Below are positions 59,266 to 64,000 of a stretch of 64,000 bases of DNA, piece after piece. The notes beneath the pieces are model-generated. The model was not told the origin of the DNA, searched no databases, and was given only the letters and a program-made list of their open reading frames with translations. A program made the position numbers and the translations under genes. Source of the DNA: Chloroflexota bacterium (GTDB taxonomy: Bacteria > Chloroflexota > UBA11872 > VXNJ01); the NCBI GenBank assembly GCA_965261345.1, contig OZ253449.1, forward strand, positions 704,001-768,000. The letters are read 5' to 3'. Within the stretch, counting starts at the first letter, position 1. Every line of letters starts with the position of its first letter.

Positions 59266-60678
59266 CTAAAGGTGCAGCACGACCATCTTGGTTTCGGTCA
59301 TTTCCTCGACCGCGTAGCGCGGCCCCTCCTTGCCGTGCCCGGAGTCCTTGACCCCACCGTAGGGCATTAGGTCGGTGCGCCACTGGGTGCCGAAATTTAT
59401 GTGCAGATTGCCCGAGTCCACCTCGCGCGCAAAGCGCATCGCGTTACCGATGTTTTCGGTAAAAATCGCCGCCGAGAGTCCGTAGCGGGACCGGTTGGAT
59501 AATTCGATCGCTTCGTCGATTGATTCAACCGACGTCACGCCGGCCGCCGGCCCAAACAATTCATCGCAGGAAAACTGCTGCTGCGGATCGATGTCGGCCA
59601 AAAGAGTGGGTTCAACGAAGGCGCCCTCACGGCCGCCGCCGGTAACCAATCGTCCACCGTCGGCCACCGCCTGCTGAATCCAGTTCTCAACCCTGATTGC
59701 GTCGCTCTCGCGCACCAGTGGACCCATCTTGGTCGCTTCCGAACGCGGGTCGCCATACTCGATCTTGCTGACCGCGTCGCCAAACGATTCAACGAATTCC
59801 CCGTAAATGGAGCGGTCGGCGTAGATCCGTTGGGTAGAGATGCAGACCTGCCCGGCATTGGAATATCCAGTGGTCAGGAGCGCCGCGTTTACTTTTTCCA
59901 AGTCCGCGTCGGGCATGATGATGACCGGCGAATTGGAGCCGAGCTCCATCGTCACTCGCTTGATGCCGGCAGCCCGCGAGATCAATTCGCCAACATCCCG
60001 CGATCCGGTAAAGGAAATCTTGCGCACCCGGGGATCGGAAGCCAGCGCATTTCCGACGATGGCGCCACCGCCGGTGATGGTCTGGATCGCCTCGGCCGGC
60101 ACGCCGGCCTCGAGCAGGATCTCGCACAACCGCAGCGCCACGACCGGAGTGTCGGAGGCCGGCTTATTGATGACCGCGTTGCCCGCCGCCAACGCCGGGC
60201 CGACCTTGTGGCAAACCAGATGCAGCGGGAAGTTAAATGGCGTAATCGCCGCCACCACGCCGCAGGGGATGCGAATGGTGAACCCGAATTTGTCGCGCAC
60301 CCCGGGGCCACCTTCCAACGGGATGACCTCGGACCCCAGGCGCTTGGCCTCTTCGGCTGAAAGATAAATGATCTCAGCCGCGCGGGCGGCTTCGACCCGG
60401 GCCTCGTTGATGATCTTGCCCATTTCGTGGGTGATCGTCTGCGCCAAATCCTCGCGTCGCTCGACCATCAGGTCGGCCGCACGATGCAGGAGCTCGTATC
60501 GCTCGAACCCGGTCAGGGCGGCCATCTTTTTGGCGCCAACCAGGGCGGTCGCTATCGCGCGGTCAACATCGCCGGTGGTTGCCGACGGAACCGTTTGATA
60601 AACCGACCCGTCCCAGGGCGAAAGTACTTCGAATTGTCCGGAACCGGCAGTCCATTCGGCTCCCACGTGCATCTTCAT
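59266..60678 (-). CDS. NAD(P)-dependent aldehyde dehydrogenase
   Basis: ITPFNFP, KPAS, FTGS, catalytic MELG and GQVCIS, ELFGP, PYGGVKDSG. Confidence 0.93.
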   Translation of the reverse strand: MKMHVGAEWTAGSGQFEVLSPWDGSVYQTVPSATTGDVDRAIATALVGAKKMAALTGFERYELLHRAADLMVERREDLAQTITHEMGKIINEARVEAARAAEIIYLSAEEAKRLGSEVIPLEGGPGVRDKFGFTIRIPCGVVAAITPFNFPLHLVCHKVGPALAAGNAVINKPASDTPVVALRLCEILLEAGVPAEAIQTITGGGAIVGNALASDPRVRKISFTGSRDVGELISRAAGIKRVTMELGSNSPVIIMPDADLEKVNAALLTTGYSNAGQVCISTQRIYADRSIYGEFVESFGDAVSKIEYGDPRSEATKMGPLVRESDAIRVENWIQQAVADGGRLVTGGGREGAFVEPTLLADIDPQQQFSCDELFGPAAGVTSVESIDEAIELSNRSRYGLSAAIFTENIGNAMRFAREVDSGNLHINFGTQWRTDLMPYGGVKDSGHGKEGPRYAVEEMTETKMVVLHL

Positions 60679-60848
60679 CACGATCAGATCACTCCCGAGT
60701 GTTGAATATTTGATGCGTAACTTAACACCGACGCGGCCACAGGCGCCGCCGGCCGGCGGCGGGCCACCACGCCGGGCAGGCACCACACTTTAAAAAGAAT
60801 AGGCTCGCGCCCACTTGGACAGAACCTTGCGCTTTGTCAATATTGGCC

Positions 60849-62516
60849 ATGCGACTTAGAGTTTCCCTGGTCATCGCACTGGTACTGGCAGCGCTTGTCT
60901 TGCTCCCGATCGCGGTGATCGTGGGTCTGGGTGCCTATGGCAGTTCGCAAGGCGGACAGTCCTCCGCGCAGTCGACCGCCGGCGCCTTGATCACCCTGTT
61001 GCCGGCCGGAGGCCAGCCGGGGACCGAAGTTACGGTAAGCGGCCGGCGCTGGCGACCACGCGAGGCGATCGACCTGTTCTTGGTTATCGAACAGCCAAAT
61101 CGGCCACCGCTCAAGCTGTCGCTCGGGTCTATAAAGGCCTCGCGCGAGGGTCAATTTGACATCGCCCTGGTTATTCCCAGCCTCGCGTTCAGCGGGACCG
61201 GAGCGCAGGCGCAGATCCAGGCGCGCGGGTTGCCAAACGAAGCCGGCGAAACATCGGGCACCGCCACCGTGCAGTTTGCGGTCGAACCCTACGCCACCAA
61301 GGTCGCAATCTTGGCCATCGCCGATGTTGACGGCCGCCCGATCAGTGGCGCCCAAGTCTCGGTCAATGATCGATTCGGACGCCAGACCACGGCAGGAGCT
61401 ACCGACTCAGTTGGCATTTTCGAACTCCCGGGCCTGGCCCCCGGACCGACTCGTTTGACGGTCCGTGCATTCGGCTACCACCCGGTTACGCTGTCGACCA
61501 CAATTTCCGAATTCGGCGGCACTGATCCGGCTCCGCTGGAGACGCAAATGGTCGCATCGGAAGGGCTGCGGTTGGCACTACCGCACCCCGACAGCCCCGG
61601 CGGCGGCCTTCTAACCTACGTTGACTTTGACCCGATCGCCGCCGTCGCGGACGATTTCACCCCGACGGCGACCTTAGATGATGGCTGGATTGTCGACCTG
61701 CCCAATCCCGGCATCTGGTCCCATTTTCAAATCGCCTCGTCTGATCCCCAACCGTCCGAGTTGGCGGCCATACTCTCGATTGCCAATCGAATAAAAGGGT
61801 TTGAGAACACAACCCCGGCGCGCCTGGTCTTCGTCGGCGCCAATACAGAGACCGCGGTTGTGTTCGCCACCGACGACTCCTACTGGCGGACCCAGTCGCT
61901 CTACATCGTCGATCGGTCCGATCACTCGCTGCGCCGTCGCATACCGCTTGGCCCCGAGGAGCTGGACCCGATCATTTCGGCCGACGGTTCAATCGTCTAT
62001 GTGATTGACTGGTTCATGCGTGAAATAGACCTTTTCGACGCTCGCAGCGGAAGGCGCCTTGAGCGCTATGAAGGGCTGCCGCGCTTCACCCGGGCGGCTG
62101 CCCTAAATGAAATAGAGAACCAGATGCTGCTGGTGTCGGCTCTAGACGACGAGCTGCGAATATACGACTTCGACACAAGGTCGGTCACTCGCAGTTTTGT
62201 AAAGCTGCACGACGTAACGACCCTGTGGCTTGCCCCCGGTGGCCGAAATTTGTATGGTGCCAGTTATTACTCGCCGCTGCTTGTCCGGTTGGACCTGGCA
62301 AACCTGGAATTGCTGGAATTGGCCCCGCTGGCAGATCCGGCCGAATGGATCTGGTCGGCCCCGAGGTCGGGATTCATCCTGCTGGGAAGCCGCGGCGGGC
62401 GCAGCGTTCAGGTGGTCGATAAGGATTCGCTGCAGCTGGTGGCGGTCGAACCGCTGCCGGAGGCGAACCCGCCGGATCCGGCATCATTTGGATCAAGATT
62501 GCTGAGTCCAGCCTAA
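60849..62516 (+). CDS. Membrane-anchored surface protein (Ig-like + carboxypeptidase-regulatory-like + beta-propeller)
   Basis: N-terminal TM; PGTEVTVSG; GRPISGAQVSV...TDSVGIFELPGLAPG; ISADGSIVYV and LAPGGRNLY propeller repeats. Confidence 0.7.
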   Translation: MRLRVSLVIALVLAALVLLPIAVIVGLGAYGSSQGGQSSAQSTAGALITLLPAGGQPGTEVTVSGRRWRPREAIDLFLVIEQPNRPPLKLSLGSIKASREGQFDIALVIPSLAFSGTGAQAQIQARGLPNEAGETSGTATVQFAVEPYATKVAILAIADVDGRPISGAQVSVNDRFGRQTTAGATDSVGIFELPGLAPGPTRLTVRAFGYHPVTLSTTISEFGGTDPAPLETQMVASEGLRLALPHPDSPGGGLLTYVDFDPIAAVADDFTPTATLDDGWIVDLPNPGIWSHFQIASSDPQPSELAAILSIANRIKGFENTTPARLVFVGANTETAVVFATDDSYWRTQSLYIVDRSDHSLRRRIPLGPEELDPIISADGSIVYVIDWFMREIDLFDARSGRRLERYEGLPRFTRAAALNEIENQMLLVSALDDELRIYDFDTRSVTRSFVKLHDVTTLWLAPGGRNLYGASYYSPLLVRLDLANLELLELAPLADPAEWIWSAPRSGFILLGSRGGRSVQVVDKDSLQLVAVEPLPEANPPDPASFGSRLLSPA

Positions 62517-62562
62517 ATGGATCAGAAAAACCCGGCGCCACCGACGGGGCCTGGCCCTTAGG

Positions 62563-64000
62563 GTGCGGGCACGATGGGCACTGCTGGCGTCGCTCCTGCT
62601 CGGAGTGGCGATTTTGGCGCCGGTCCTGTTGGTGGTTGGCTTAGGCGCATTCGGCGCCGCCCAGGGTGGGAGCATCAGCACCGTGTCCCCTCAGGGCAGC
62701 TCGCTCCAATTGATCCCCGCCGCCGGCCCACCAGGCACCCAGGTTTCAATTTACGGCCGCGGCTGGACACCGCGCCAATCGGTCCGGCTGGACCTACAGG
62801 TCCCCAAGACCGGAGCCCAAACACAAGACGGATTATCGGTCGGCCTGGGGCAGGTACTCACCTCAAGATCGGGCGATTTCAACCTGTCGGTGACCCTGCC
62901 GACGCTGGCGCTGCCGGCCGGACCGGCGACGGTGAACATAGTGGCCGCCCACGCCGATGGCAACAGCCGCTTGGCCACCGAATTCCTGGTCCAACGGGCT
63001 GCCAATATGCTCGGCGTGGAAGTTATCTATCAAGGCCGGCGGCAACCTGGGGTCCGGGTTGACCTTCACAACAGTTTTGGCGAGGCGATCGACAGCGCGT
63101 TAACCGGAGCCGACGGCACCGTTCAATTCGCCGGAATGCCGCCTGGAACGGTGAGAATCCGCGGCCTGGCGCTCGATCGCGATCCGGTGCAGGCTAGCGC
63201 CCGCATCACCCCCGACAGCGAGGGCAGAGTACAGCTGGAACTTAGCGATCCGGTTCCCAGCCGATTGGTCATTCCCGACCCAGATAACCCGCGACGATTC
63301 ACGCTTTCCTCCATCGAGATTGACCGCAGATCCGGATTGGTAACCGCCCGCCAACAATTAGCTGACCCCGATGATCGGCGGCGGCGGCCGGTTGCATTTA
63401 TCTACCAATTGCCAGCGGCGGGCTTCGGGCAGCCGGAGTTGTCGGCGATCACCGCGATTTCGCGGCAGCTTCCCAACTACTTCTATTTCAACTCCGGATT
63501 TGTGCTCTACCTGGGCAACAACGGCACCGAAGACTTTGTATTTGCTCATGACAACGCTTTTCAGCGGCGGCGGGTACTGTACGTCTACGACCGGTCCAGC
63601 GAATCAATTACCCGCGAATTCATCCTTGGCCGAAGCGAGTTGACGCCGGTGGTCAATCCTGCTGGGACGCAGATCTACGTCCTCGATTGGGAAGCCCGCT
63701 CCGTCAAGATTTACGATCCGGCCGGCGATTTTGCGGTCCGGACGATACCCAACCTGCCGGAATTGATCTCGGCCTTTACCCTCGACACGAGCGCCAACAC
63801 GCTTTGGATGTCATCGGCGCTGACGAACCGTTTGACCCCGCTATACCTCCAGGACGGACTGGTCGGGGATCCGATTACGTTTGCCCGCGACCTGATCGTG
63901 ATATCTTTCGACCCGGCCCGTCGGCGCATTTACGGCGTCAACTACAAGCAACCGGAGATCGCGATGATCGACCTGGACAGCGGACAGGTGCGTTTTGCCC
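62563..64000 (+). CDS. Tandem paralog of the preceding surface protein, cut off by the window end (absent from the ORF track)
   Basis: Frame 1 is open from GTG at 62563 to 64000. VGLGAFGAAQGG...PGTQVSIYGRGW aligns with VGLGAYGSSQGG...PGTEVTVSGRRW; VNPAGTQIYVLDW aligns with ISADGSIVYVIDW. Confidence 0.8.
   Translation, partial: MRARWALLASLLLGVAILAPVLLVVGLGAFGAAQGGSISTVSPQGSSLQLIPAAGPPGTQVSIYGRGWTPRQSVRLDLQVPKTGAQTQDGLSVGLGQVLTSRSGDFNLSVTLPTLALPAGPATVNIVAAHADGNSRLATEFLVQRAANMLGVEVIYQGRRQPGVRVDLHNSFGEAIDSALTGADGTVQFAGMPPGTVRIRGLALDRDPVQASARITPDSEGRVQLELSDPVPSRLVIPDPDNPRRFTLSSIEIDRRSGLVTARQQLADPDDRRRRPVAFIYQLPAAGFGQPELSAITAISRQLPNYFYFNSGFVLYLGNNGTEDFVFAHDNAFQRRRVLYVYDRSSESITREFILGRSELTPVVNPAGTQIYVLDWEARSVKIYDPAGDFAVRTIPNLPELISAFTLDTSANTLWMSSALTNRLTPLYLQDGLVGDPITFARDLIVISFDPARRRIYGVNYKQPEIAMIDLDSGQVRFA

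Overview
Chromosomal window from a high-GC bacterium, inferred to be Chloroflexota because it carries a Chlor_Arch_YYY/TIGR03663 gene pair and catabolic paralogs of the type expanded in that phylum. It contains: (1) an ~11.5 kb, gap-rich isoprenoid block (dxs, hpnC-hpnD-hpnE, then an MMPL transporter and an Lcp/MpaB-type heme oxygenase on the opposite strand) with no squalene-hopene cyclase; (2) a YYY/TIGR03663 membrane pair with rsgA; (3) a cyclase-xerD-like-PNP operon whose recombinase has lost catalytic residues, with a dif-like 28-mer upstream; (4) larA-like, groES and a divergent groEL, plus catabolic enzymes; (5) pyrG-purA and a PyrR-attenuated pyr/car operon, split between pyrK and pyrD by an oppositely oriented parA-ftsZ-GAF histidine kinase cassette; (6) ychF-like, proC, holA, rpsT, tRNA-Arg(UCG) and tandem Ig/beta-propeller surface proteins. 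The best candidates for undescribed systems are the squalene + isoprenoid-cleaving oxygenase + MMPL block and the ParA-FtsZ-kinase cassette. Several genes appear to start at ATT, ACG or CTG, and several enzymes have degenerate active sites. All calls come from reading motifs by eye; no database search was run.
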